Source of the DNA: a bacterium
Lineage (GTDB): Bacteria > JAJRZV01
Assembly: GCA_024275095.1 (NCBI GenBank)
Contig: JAJRZV010000117.1
Span: 1 to 62,912 of the forward strand
Reading direction: 5' to 3'
DNA length: 62,912 nt
Positions 16,817 through 25,819 of this stretch are shown piece by piece; positions within the stretch are counted from its first letter, which is position 1, and every line of letters begins with the position of its first letter. A program made the position numbers and the translations under genes. A model generated the notes under the pieces. That model was not told the DNA's origin. It was given only the letters and a program-made list of their open reading frames with translations, and ran no database searches.

Positions 16817-17881
16817 TCAAGGGCCGGGTTCCAGGTTTTTATTTGCTGCTACAGCCGAAAAGGCTTCTCCCATATGGCCTGCGCTTACAAGGGTGTTGAA
16901 GGCCATTTTCAGGTGTATTTGTTGTTCCCGGGTCAGGGTGCTCATAATTTTGTAAAAGGCGGATTCAATCCCCCATTCCATGAGGAACCGCCACTGGGGC
17001 ATGCACGTTTTGCCGGTATAACCTGCCTCTTCTAAAGCGGTGAGAAGATGGTTCTTATTCACGGTTACCGTCATATCGCACTCACCTGCGCGCACGTAAG
17101 GATCGTGAATGAGGCGATGGCCTGCAAAGCAGCGCAATGTTCCACCTGCCCTTTGACCAAGTTTTGCGGTGGTGGAAAAGTAGTCCAGCAGCACGATTAT
17201 TCCTTCCCGGTGTTTTTCTGCAATGCTCCGGATAAAAGGTGCCAGGTCCGGCTGGTATTCAACGGTGGTGCCGCATGGAACACCACGAAACCATTCTGAA
17301 ACAATTTCAATATCAGCTTCATCCTGAGGTTCTGTCAAAACTTCAACAAGGGAGCCATCCCGGTATTCTACAAAGATCTCTTCCCACCCCCGCTCAGTTT
17401 TCGTGAAACGTCTGGCGGGTAGAGCATCAAGCACTTCGTTACCAAATATACAGCCTTTTTTTATGGAATCCAGTTCCTCTATTGATGTGTGTATATCCAC
17501 CTGGGAGCTCCAGGAGCCTTTTTCAAGCTTGGCACCTCTATCCGGAGATGGGTCAACGAGTACGTAGCGCACCTGCCCTGAGTGCTCCGGATACACTCTT
17601 TCAAGATAAGAGAGAAATTCGCTGGCGAACGAGCCGTCACCGCCTCCCAGCTCGACAAAAGTCCACAGTCCCGTCGCCCTTGCCCGGTTGATAAATCCTT
17701 CCGCGATGGTCCATGCAAAAAGGTTTACAGAGGCGGATGTATAAAAATCTCCGTCTCTGCCGATTCGGCACTTGCCGGTGGAATAATACCCGAATGCGGG
17801 ATGGTAAAGTGCAGCGTTCATGAACTCGTAGAACGAAATTGGCCCTTTCAATTTCACGAGTTCTGCAATGTTCGAGGTCAT
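16817..17881 (-). CDS. SAM-dependent methyltransferase, MidA/NDUFAF7 (DUF185) family
   Basis: 354 aa. The N-terminus ISFYEFMNAALYHPAFGYYS..IGRDGDFYTS is characteristic. SAM motif VELGGGDG. Confidence 0.75.
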   Translation of the reverse strand: MTSNIAELVKLKGPISFYEFMNAALYHPAFGYYSTGKCRIGRDGDFYTSASVNLFAWTIAEGFINRARATGLWTFVELGGGDGSFASEFLSYLERVYPEHSGQVRYVLVDPSPDRGAKLEKGSWSSQVDIHTSIEELDSIKKGCIFGNEVLDALPARRFTKTERGWEEIFVEYRDGSLVEVLTEPQDEADIEIVSEWFRGVPCGTTVEYQPDLAPFIRSIAEKHREGIIVLLDYFSTTAKLGQRAGGTLRCFAGHRLIHDPYVRAGECDMTVTVNKNHLLTALEEAGYTGKTCMPQWRFLMEWGIESAFYKIMSTLTREQQIHLKMAFNTLVSAGHMGEAFSAVAANKNLEPGP

Positions 17882-18702
17882 GGATTCTTTTGAAGGGATG
17901 ACAATTTTTCTTTTGCCCGCTCGATCATAACACGGTTTTCCTCTACTTCTTCAGGTAGAACATCAGGGGGCGTGGTAAGAACTCTCGCATAAATGCGTAT
18001 AGCTTTTTGTTTTTGTCCTTTTCTTCTCAATGCGTCCGCATAGTAAACCTGATTCATGAGGTAACGCGGTTCTTTGCGTGCAGCGTATTCGAGAAGTTCA
18101 ACAGCATGGTCTATGCTTTCGCCCAGTAGCATGAGCGCAGATCGGGGCATGTAGAGTATGATTTTTCCCCACATGCGATAAGGCCCATAGTAATAATAGT
18201 CTGGTTGAAGCTTCATCGCTTTTTTCATGGAAGATTTCAGTTCCGAAGCATATTTCAACGCTGTCCAGGAAAATCCCTTAATTGAAATAATGGCTCCTTC
18301 GATCACTGCTGTCCAGAAATGGGTAAATGCCTCGCGTGGATATCTCGTTTTGCCTTCCTTTGCGTATTTCAGGCATTCACGAAGTTCCTTTTCGCGTATT
18401 TGTGGATTCAGGTTTTTATATTCCATCAGGAGAGTACACCAGTAACAAGCTCTCAGTGTTTTTTCGAGTGCATCTCGGCCACGTGTATTTATAAATTCCT
18501 GTTTGAACTGATGATAGGCAGTGCAAGCGTTTTGCAGCCGGCTTCTTTTGTTCCATAACCGTATGGCAGCCGTTCCGGTTACCTTTCCCGGGAAAGCCTG
18601 TAAAGCAGATGCTGTGCCTGTAAGACAAGCGCAGCAGAAGGCAAAAATAAACGTTATCTTAGAAAATCTTGAAAAGCAGTGAAGCGGTAATCTGAAATTC
18701 AT
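17878..18702 (-). CDS. TPR-like exported protein/lipoprotein (possibly TatT-like)
   Basis: 274 aa with a signal peptide containing Cys (FAFCCACLTG) and helical-repeat composition. ATGA overlap with the downstream gene. Confidence 0.45.
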   Translation of the reverse strand: MNFRLPLHCFSRFSKITFIFAFCCACLTGTASALQAFPGKVTGTAAIRLWNKRSRLQNACTAYHQFKQEFINTRGRDALEKTLRACYWCTLLMEYKNLNPQIREKELRECLKYAKEGKTRYPREAFTHFWTAVIEGAIISIKGFSWTALKYASELKSSMKKAMKLQPDYYYYGPYRMWGKIILYMPRSALMLLGESIDHAVELLEYAARKEPRYLMNQVYYADALRRKGQKQKAIRIYARVLTTPPDVLPEEVEENRVMIERAKEKLSSLQKNP

Positions 18703-19177
18703 AGCGTGTTTTGTTATTATCCCACCAGTTTACAGAGATTTTCGGTGTCTCAAGGAACAGGTGACCGATTACAAACGGGATGCTCTCGCCTATTACAAAG
18801 TTAAGAACCGTGTAATGCTTGCCTCCGGAAAAAATCCATTCGGGTCCTGCCCCTGCAAACATACCAGGAAGATGTAACCGAACGTTGACAGGAAGGCGAT
18901 AGGTGTTCACCTCCGACACCCCCGCCAGACCTGCAGACCACGAATTGTCGCGCTGGTACAGGAAATCCACTGCAAGTCCTATAATGGTGAAACTGAATTC
19001 CGTCTCCACCCCTGCTCCAAGTCCTGAGCCTATATAAAGATTTTTTAATCCATCTCCCGCAGGGTTGTTGAGACTGACTCCCGCCACTGCTTTTGGTCCC
19101 AGCTCCACCCACGCGTTTGATACGACGGGAAGGCCCAGTGCAAAAACGACAGTAGTGATGATCAATGTTTTTCTCAT
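18659..19177 (-). CDS. small outer-membrane beta-barrel protein
   Basis: ATG at 19177 with RBS AGGAGGG. Signal peptide MRKTLIITTVVFALGLPVVSNA. Alternating amphipathic strands and a C-terminal ..LLFKIF (terminal Phe). Confidence 0.6.
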   Translation of the reverse strand: MRKTLIITTVVFALGLPVVSNAWVELGPKAVAGVSLNNPAGDGLKNLYIGSGLGAGVETEFSFTIIGLAVDFLYQRDNSWSAGLAGVSEVNTYRLPVNVRLHLPGMFAGAGPEWIFSGGKHYTVLNFVIGESIPFVIGHLFLETPKISVNWWDNNKTRYEFQITASLLFKIF

Positions 19178-19243
19178 GACACCCTCCTTAACTGATGATA
19201 AATGAAACATACATGATCACTTTTCGTGATGGAATGATAATCA

Positions 19244-20161
19244 TCACACGTGTTGATCATCGTGAGCAAGTCCCACCATGTTTTCTACGGATTCGTAGCT
19301 CCCGTTTTTTAAATACTCACTCATGAAATTTCTGCATTTAATGAAAAGTTCGGGATGCACCATCGCACCCGTACCGATTTCAACGGCGCGTGCACCGGCA
19401 AGAATAAACTCCACCGCATCTTCGGGTTTGATAATCCCCCCGACACCGACGATATGACACTTGAAACGGCTGTAGACGTCAAAAACGTCACGCAAGGCTA
19501 CGTACTTGAGAGGCGGGCCTGAAAGCCCACCGCGGCGGGCACCCAGAACAGGCTGTTTGCTTTTGATGTTGATGGCAAGGGCAGGCAAAGTGTTAAGGAG
19601 CACCACCGCGTTCGACCCTGCCTCAAGTGCTGCTTCTACCAGATGAAAGAGGTGGGTAGAGTGAGAGAACTTGGCCCATAGAGGCTTGTTGGTGCTGTTG
19701 CGTACTGCCTGTATGACGTCCCGGACCCCGGTAATATTGGAACCGAACTCCAGGCCCCCGGCATGGACGTTGGGACATGAGAGGTTGATTTCGAGGCCAC
19801 TGACCCAGTGGCAGTTCGAGAGTTTCGTCGCCACTTCGGCGTATTCCTGCGGTGACTCTCCAAATATGTTTACAATCACCGGCATTGACAGCGCTGATAG
19901 TTCTTTTTCATAGTTTTGAATAAAAGCATCTACTCCAGGATTTTGAAGGCCGATTGAGTTAATAAGCCCGCACGGCACCTCGAGGAGTCGTGGTTGGGGA
20001 TTACCCTTGCGTGGATGTAATGAGATCCCTTTGGTGACTACAGCACCAAGTGCCGAATAGTCCACCAAGTTTTTCAGCTCTGTGCCCCAGCCAAATGTAC
20101 CTGATGCAGGAAGGATCGGTGTGCTCAGTTGCACTCCACCTGTTTCAATCTCGAGAGTCAT
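19244..20161 (-). CDS. pyrD: dihydroorotate dehydrogenase, class 1B catalytic subunit
   Basis: 305 aa with LSTPILPASGTFGWG, NSIGLQNPG and GGLSGPPLK motifs. 4-nt overlap with pyrK. Confidence 0.9.
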   Translation of the reverse strand: MTLEIETGGVQLSTPILPASGTFGWGTELKNLVDYSALGAVVTKGISLHPRKGNPQPRLLEVPCGLINSIGLQNPGVDAFIQNYEKELSALSMPVIVNIFGESPQEYAEVATKLSNCHWVSGLEINLSCPNVHAGGLEFGSNITGVRDVIQAVRNSTNKPLWAKFSHSTHLFHLVEAALEAGSNAVVLLNTLPALAINIKSKQPVLGARRGGLSGPPLKYVALRDVFDVYSRFKCHIVGVGGIIKPEDAVEFILAGARAVEIGTGAMVHPELFIKCRNFMSEYLKNGSYESVENMVGLAHDDQHV

Positions 20162-20925
20162 TTAAGATGCTCCGGTAAAAGAATTTTGCCCGGGAATACC
20201 GGTCCGTCAACGCACACGCGCATCATCCCGTTGCGGGTTTCTATTGCACACCCCAGGCATACGCCGGTGCCGCATCCCATGTGGTTTTCAAGTGAAAACA
20301 TGGCATTTACATCAGGGAAGCGCTCCAGGAAAGCGGTCATCATGGCTGGAGGCCCGCATACAGCTGCGCATGTGAAGGAATGAATGTGTTGTTCTGCCAG
20401 GTCGAGTACTGTCCCGTGAAAGCCAAAGCTCCCGTCTTCTGTAGCAAATTTCACGTTCAGAGGAGGGTTTTGAAAGACGCTCGAGTGAGGGTCCAGTTCT
20501 CCGCTTTTTTTCGTGCCCACACAGAGCAGGTAAGGGGTTCCCCTGCTGTGTAGCTCGCGGGCGAGAGCTATCATTGATGCTACTCCCGAGCCTCCTCCCA
20601 CGAGTATGCACGCGTTCTGGATTTTTTCAAAACCGTTTCCCAGGGGAAAAATCACGTTCACCTTTCGGCCTTTTTTCCAGTAACTCATGAGACGGGTTCC
20701 TGTGCCCACCACCCGATAAAGGATTTGAAGCGTGCCTTCAGGTGTTCTGGACACAGCGAACGGTCGCCTGAGCAGTGGATAGGGTTCTCCGGATATGGCC
20801 ACCATCGCGAACTGTCCGGGACGGAAAGAGACCCCGGGATTTTCGAAAGAAAGCAGAAAAAAACGATCGCCGACTTTTTCGTTACCTGTAATGGTGAGCT
20901 GAAAGTGAGTGGGAGAGTCTCTCAT
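20158..20925 (-). CDS. pyrK: dihydroorotate dehydrogenase electron-transfer subunit
   Basis: 255 aa, FAD/NAD-binding fold (RPFAVS) and the C-terminal 2Fe-2S motif CGTGVCLGC. Confidence 0.85.
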   Translation of the reverse strand: MRDSPTHFQLTITGNEKVGDRFFLLSFENPGVSFRPGQFAMVAISGEPYPLLRRPFAVSRTPEGTLQILYRVVGTGTRLMSYWKKGRKVNVIFPLGNGFEKIQNACILVGGGSGVASMIALARELHSRGTPYLLCVGTKKSGELDPHSSVFQNPPLNVKFATEDGSFGFHGTVLDLAEQHIHSFTCAAVCGPPAMMTAFLERFPDVNAMFSLENHMGCGTGVCLGCAIETRNGMMRVCVDGPVFPGKILLPEHLK

Positions 20926-21386
20926 AAACGTTTCATCATTACGAGGGCGTCTTCGTTGTTGTCCGAGTAATATTTCCTGCGGAGACCGATGGGTAGAAAC
21001 CCGTATCTTTTGTAAAGCTGAATGGCGGGCACATTCGATACGCGAACCTCTAACAACAATACGTCTGATTTCATTCGAGCACGGTTAATTGCATATTCGA
21101 GAAGCATTGAGCCGATCCCTCTCCGGCGAAAGTGGGGATGTACCGCAATATTCATGATATGGGTTTCACGGAACCCGTGCCACAGCACCACGTATCCCAG
21201 CAGGTGGTTTAGAAATCGAGCTCCCATCACCTCCACACGCTCGTTCCTTAGTTCTTGCCTGAAAAGGTTTTCTGACCAAGGACTCGTGAAAGACATGCTT
21301 TCTATCTCCATAATCTCAGGGAGGTCCTTTTCAGAAAGGCTGACAATGTGAATTCCCTCCCGCAGTCTGTCCGGATGCACGCTCAT
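20922..21386 (-). CDS. rimI: ribosomal-protein-alanine N-acetyltransferase (GNAT)
   Basis: 154 aa. The GNAT motif A is HPHFRRRGIGSMLL. The overall pattern is RimI-like. Confidence 0.8.
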   Translation of the reverse strand: MSVHPDRLREGIHIVSLSEKDLPEIMEIESMSFTSPWSENLFRQELRNERVEVMGARFLNHLLGYVVLWHGFRETHIMNIAVHPHFRRRGIGSMLLEYAINRARMKSDVLLLEVRVSNVPAIQLYKRYGFLPIGLRRKYYSDNNEDALVMMKRL

Positions 21387-21519
21387 GTGTACTCATTATA
21401 AATGAAAGACAGGAAAAAAGTCCTCTCTGTGCGAAGTTGTTTTTCTGTGACCCATATCACATGGTTAGCAGTCACAATTATTTTAAGATTGTAATTGCAC
21501 CGTGATCCTATCCCCCGCG

Positions 21520-21563
21520 CCGGGTTTCGGGTGTGAAAACTCGGGACCCGGTATTTTTTTATT
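21520..21563 (+). terminator. strong intrinsic-terminator-like hairpin + T7 tract, plus-strand polarity
   Basis: CCGGGTTTCGGG-tgtgaaaa-CTCGGGACCCGG forms a 12-bp stem with 3 G:U pairs, followed by TATTTTTTTATT. It overlaps the stop codon of the minus-strand DtxR-family gene. Confidence 0.55.
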
Positions 21564-22218
21564 GACTGATGACGTAGACATTATCGGCGATGGCTTTATC
21601 TACTGCAACGATAGTACCGTTGATCTCTACTACAAAAGCCGGGCTTTTCTGGACAAGTTTAATTTTTGCACCAGGATGCAGACCGAGGGACGTGAGCTTG
21701 TGGAGAAGCCTTTTTGATGAGGGTACGATGTAATGGATAGTAGACATGGTCCCTGGAGGCATGTCGGAGAGACGCTCAACAAGTGGTTTTATTTCCCGTA
21801 TAAACGTTTTACAGCATTCTCCGCGGGGTATTGGCATACCGTGCGGACAGTGGGTCGGGTGGCCCAGAAACGAACATATTCTGTCCACGAGTTCTTCACT
21901 GATAATGTGTTCAAACGTGCAGGCAGGGCCCTCCAGTTTTTCTTTTTCCAGGTCGAACACCTCGTGAAAAAGCACCTCTGCAAGGCGATGCCTTCTGACA
22001 ATTTTCATGGCTCTTTGACGCCCTTTTTCCGTTAATGAGACATCATTGTTGTTCACCTTTACGAGACCTTCCTCTTCCAGGCGGGATAAGGTTTCTCCTA
22101 CCTGTCCGATTTCCAGTGCGTGGAGTGAATCTACAGTGGTGTTTTTGCCTTCTTCGGTTTTCATGTATAATTTTTCAAGAATTTCGTCTTCCCTGACTTT
22201 TCGATCTTTCATGGGCAT
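21559..22218 (-). CDS. DtxR/MntR-family metal-dependent repressor with C-terminal FeoA/SH3-like domain
   Basis: 219 aa with a winged HTH. Metal-site region RRHRLAEVLFHEV..C..EH. The C-terminal domain resembles FeoA. Confidence 0.8.
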   Translation of the reverse strand: MPMKDRKVREDEILEKLYMKTEEGKNTTVDSLHALEIGQVGETLSRLEEEGLVKVNNNDVSLTEKGRQRAMKIVRRHRLAEVLFHEVFDLEKEKLEGPACTFEHIISEELVDRICSFLGHPTHCPHGMPIPRGECCKTFIREIKPLVERLSDMPPGTMSTIHYIVPSSKRLLHKLTSLGLHPGAKIKLVQKSPAFVVEINGTIVAVDKAIADNVYVISQ

Positions 22219-22265
22219 GACAGCACTCCCCCTGGAGATGATTTTTCATTGTATGGATTTGGTGT

Positions 22266-22499
22266 TTACTTTTCACCCCTATTTTTAAATAACCTGGCCC
22301 ACCACTTTTTTAAAGATGTTTTCGATGAGGCGTCAGAAGTGTTTTCTTTTACAGTTTTCCGCGGGAATGAGAGACCGCAATTAGGACATACGTATAACTC
22401 GCATGAAGATGCAAGTGGACACTCGGTGGTGCATGTGCCCTGAAGCCGGTGGAATTGAAATCCGCACAGTGGACATGTAATGTAATCCTGTAGGGGCAT
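22266..22499 (-). CDS. small Cys-rich zinc-ribbon protein coupled to feoB
   Basis: 77 aa containing CPLCG..C...C..C....CPNCG and a basic tail. It starts 4 nt after the feoB stop. Confidence 0.5.
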   Translation of the reverse strand: MPLQDYITCPLCGFQFHRLQGTCTTECPLASSCELYVCPNCGLSFPRKTVKENTSDASSKTSLKKWWARLFKNRGEK

Positions 22500-22503
22500 C
22501 TAT

Positions 22504-24531
22504 TTAAAGCAAACCCGTTAATTTCAGGAAGGTATTGAGTAATCCTCCTATGAGAAAGGAGAATGGAATAATGAAAAGTGTAATGCCCAGTGCTGTTTTT
22601 AAACCGCGTTCTTTGATGATGATAAAGAAATTGGCAATACATGGGACAAAAAGAGTAATGGTTGTAATGCTTACGAGTGTTTGTGCAGTGTTCATGAGCC
22701 CTGCTTTTTGAAGTGCATAGAGTCCTGCTGCACCATAATCGCGCCTCAAAAATCCCACCAGGAACGAATCTGCAGCCTTTTCAGGGAGTCCCAGAAATCC
22801 GGATATGAGAGGGGATGCGGCACGGTGATAGACCTCGAGCACCCCGGTTCTATCCATCATGAAAAGTATTATTGTCCCAAGGATAAATAGGGGTACGGCC
22901 TCCTTTAGATACCATTCCAGCCGGATAAACGTTTTCATAAAGATATTTTTCACATGAGGAACTCTCAGAGGGGGTATCTCCAGAATGAACACCTGCTGTC
23001 CGCCGGGGATGAGGATGGAAGTCAGGTATCCCACTCCGAACAGGACTGTTATCACCACCATGATCCAGATAACAGTAGCTAATATGGGCAGGGAAGAAAG
23101 CATTGCAAAAATGACCCCCAGTTGAGCACTGCAGGGTACGGCGAGGGCAAGAAGCAATGTCGCGATAATTTTTTCCTTTTTGGTATCCAGAATTCTCGTC
23201 GTAATAGTGGCCATGGTATCGCAACCGAGTCCGAGAACCATGGGAAGAACGGCTTTCCCGTTTAGTCCCATGAACTTGAAAAGTTTGTCCACCATTACTG
23301 CCAGACGCGGCATGTAACCGGAGTCCTCTAATATGCCAAACGCGATAAAGAAGAAAAAGACAATAGGCAGGATAATTGCAAAGGAATATGCAAGCGCCAT
23401 GGTGACGACTCCGTATTCGCCTACGAAAAAGTCGTGGACGGTGAGGTATATGATCTGTACATCGGAAAGTGAACCTTTGAGCAGAACATAAGCTGTGCTC
23501 ACCACTCCATCTTCTATCAAATGTTTATGAGGAAAGGGGAGGAGCCGATCTGTGAATTGTATAATCCATGGTGAAATGTGGTGGTTGAATATGCTGGTTT
23601 CCAGAAGGTCCACGGCATACCCTGCACCGAGTACTCCCACGAAATAATAAAGGGCCAGCAGGGCCATACCGGCAAAGGGGATGCCCCATAAAGGATGCAT
23701 GAGCAGAGCGCTCAGCCGATCAGAGAAGGTGAGGCCTGTTGTTCGGGTGAGACGCTCCAGCGTCTCCGCAGCGATCTCGGAAGCTGCACGGGTAAGCGCG
23801 AGACTCAATGTATTCAGTGTTGCACGCGTGCCCTTGTATTCGTCGAAGATCGCTTCCAGAGCCTCCAGCGTGCTCGAGTCCAGGTGCGACCGCAGGTATG
23901 AAGCGATTGTTCTATCTCCATAAAGTACAGCAAGTGCGATGTATCGCCTGTGGGGCAGGTTTTCTGGTAGAAGTGCAAGCACTTTTTGATAGGGTTCTTT
24001 CAGTGTTTCAGGAATATCAAAGGAACATGCCGGCGTGTGAGCTGTAAACGTATTGTACAGTAGGGGCTTGAGCCCTTTACCCTTTGTGGCAATGGTCGGT
24101 AGTACCTGTATTCCTGTGGCAGAGGCGAGTTTTTTAATGTTAATACTGATGCCCTTTTCTGCTGCTTCATCCATCATGTTGAGTATGAGCACCACCCGAT
24201 GGTCGAAAAGAGAAAGTTGAAGCAGGATGTATAAAGCCCGCTGAAGATTTTTTGCATCTGCTACCAGGATGACATCTGAAGGAGGTGCATCAAGAAGTAT
24301 ATTTCTTGTAACAAGCTCGTCTTCTGATGTAGGAAACAAACTGTTAATACCTGGAGTATCTATAACGTGTTTCTCTATTCCACCGCGGGAAATTTTCCCT
24401 TTTGATACTTCTACCGTAGTTCCGGGATAGTTGGATACGGTGGCGTAACGTCCAGTTAAATGGTTAAAAATAACGCTCTTGCCTACATTAGGATTGCCTA
24501 CAAGAAAAATTTTATTGTTGTTATCTTCCAT
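22504..24531 (-). CDS. feoB: ferrous iron transporter FeoB
   Basis: 675 aa. N-terminal G-domain (GNPNVGKS, DTPG) followed by a polytopic membrane domain. Confidence 0.9.
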   Translation of the reverse strand: MEDNNNKIFLVGNPNVGKSVIFNHLTGRYATVSNYPGTTVEVSKGKISRGGIEKHVIDTPGINSLFPTSEDELVTRNILLDAPPSDVILVADAKNLQRALYILLQLSLFDHRVVLILNMMDEAAEKGISINIKKLASATGIQVLPTIATKGKGLKPLLYNTFTAHTPACSFDIPETLKEPYQKVLALLPENLPHRRYIALAVLYGDRTIASYLRSHLDSSTLEALEAIFDEYKGTRATLNTLSLALTRAASEIAAETLERLTRTTGLTFSDRLSALLMHPLWGIPFAGMALLALYYFVGVLGAGYAVDLLETSIFNHHISPWIIQFTDRLLPFPHKHLIEDGVVSTAYVLLKGSLSDVQIIYLTVHDFFVGEYGVVTMALAYSFAIILPIVFFFFIAFGILEDSGYMPRLAVMVDKLFKFMGLNGKAVLPMVLGLGCDTMATITTRILDTKKEKIIATLLLALAVPCSAQLGVIFAMLSSLPILATVIWIMVVITVLFGVGYLTSILIPGGQQVFILEIPPLRVPHVKNIFMKTFIRLEWYLKEAVPLFILGTIILFMMDRTGVLEVYHRAASPLISGFLGLPEKAADSFLVGFLRRDYGAAGLYALQKAGLMNTAQTLVSITTITLFVPCIANFFIIIKERGLKTALGITLFIIPFSFLIGGLLNTFLKLTGLL

Positions 24532-24608
24532 GACCTATTAATGAAAAAGTTTTTCAATAGAAGCAAAATAACCCTACGCTATCACTAAAGACTTTGTCAA
24601 CAGAACCT

Positions 24609-24669
24609 TCGGGGTCTGGTCTCAACATTGGACATTCGGGATTCAATGCCGCGGTTTTAGGGGTGGTGG
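24609..24669 (+). repeat. dispersed repeat, copy D (medium variant)
   Basis: TCGGGGTCTGGTCTCAACATTGGACATTCGGGATTCAATGCCGCGGTTTTAGGGGTGGTGG. The extension matches copy A at about 19 of 25 positions. It lies between the GT2 stop and the feoB start, opposite to both. Confidence 0.9.
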
Positions 24670-24683
24670 TATTATATATATAA

Positions 24684-25778
24684 TTATTTTTTACCTTTTT
24701 GCGTGCTGATGAGCCGGAGGATTTTCCTGGTGCTTTCTTCTATAAACCCCGTAATGAATCCTGTGCCATATGCGATGTGAAAAAGGGGGAAGGAGGGTAT
24801 CGCGGCAAGCGAGGCAGCGAATCCCCAGCGGCGCGCGGAAGAAAATGCAGAAGCTGTAACCAGTACCATATAAATACACATTGGTGTCAAATACGCTGCG
24901 AGCAGAGAGAATGGAAGAAAGAACACCGCGGGTATAAGGGAAAGTACGTAGCCGGTGAAGGCAGGCGGTACAAATTGTCTCCACGGAGTGAGGCGTCTGA
25001 AGCGTACCAGCGATTTGCCCTTTCCTCGGCCATACCGGAAAAAACGGCGTGTGTGGTGCCATAGTGTGCCCGTGGGTACATACCAGCTTTTAATGTCTCT
25101 GGACAGGTATATACGCATGCCTTTTTTCAACATCAGATGGTGAAAGGAGTCATCTTCCGAACCATAGAGGTCTTCTTCAAATATTCCAGCCCTCTCAAAT
25201 ACACTGCGCCTGTAAACACCCATGTAAGCCGTATCCGCCCATCCTTCGTAATTTGGACACCGAAATGCGCCTCCGCCTGTGCCAATTTTACTTTCCATGA
25301 ATACAGCCAGCACCTTTCCCGCCAGATCGATGGGTCTGGGCACCTGATGCCCACCTGCAAAGTCAGCACCTGTAGAACTCAGCACGCGCACGGCATTCTC
25401 AATGAAGTTCGGAGAATAAACGGTGTGAGCATCGCACCTGACGATAAGATCTCCAAGTGAACTTTTGATTCCCAGGTTCAGGCCGGCTGCGGGATTCTGT
25501 TTTGGATTACGGAGTATCTGGTACCTGATTTTTGAGGCGCTGAGTATTTCCCTGGCACGTTCAACAGTGTTATCTGTGGAACAGCCGTCAACGAAAATAA
25601 TTTCCATACGTTCCCTGGGCCACGTTTGGGCCACAAGTGATTCCAGTGCCCTGTCCACCATCTTTCCTTCGTTACGCGCAGGCACGATTACAGAGACAAT
25701 CGAATTTGAACTTGTAGAACCCGCATGGTCATTTCCTTTCATTTTCACGTTCGCGCTTGCGGTATTTTCACGACTCAT
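24684..25778 (-). CDS. family 2 glycosyltransferase with C-terminal membrane domain
   Basis: 364 aa with VSVIVPARNE and DGCSTD (GT-A fold) followed by hydrophobic C-terminal helices. Confidence 0.75.
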   Translation of the reverse strand: MSRENTASANVKMKGNDHAGSTSSNSIVSVIVPARNEGKMVDRALESLVAQTWPRERMEIIFVDGCSTDNTVERAREILSASKIRYQILRNPKQNPAAGLNLGIKSSLGDLIVRCDAHTVYSPNFIENAVRVLSSTGADFAGGHQVPRPIDLAGKVLAVFMESKIGTGGGAFRCPNYEGWADTAYMGVYRRSVFERAGIFEEDLYGSEDDSFHHLMLKKGMRIYLSRDIKSWYVPTGTLWHHTRRFFRYGRGKGKSLVRFRRLTPWRQFVPPAFTGYVLSLIPAVFFLPFSLLAAYLTPMCIYMVLVTASAFSSARRWGFAASLAAIPSFPLFHIAYGTGFITGFIEESTRKILRLISTQKGKK

Positions 25779-25819
25779 TTTTAGGTACTAAATACTCAGA
25801 TTAACTTGTGATCAGGTTC

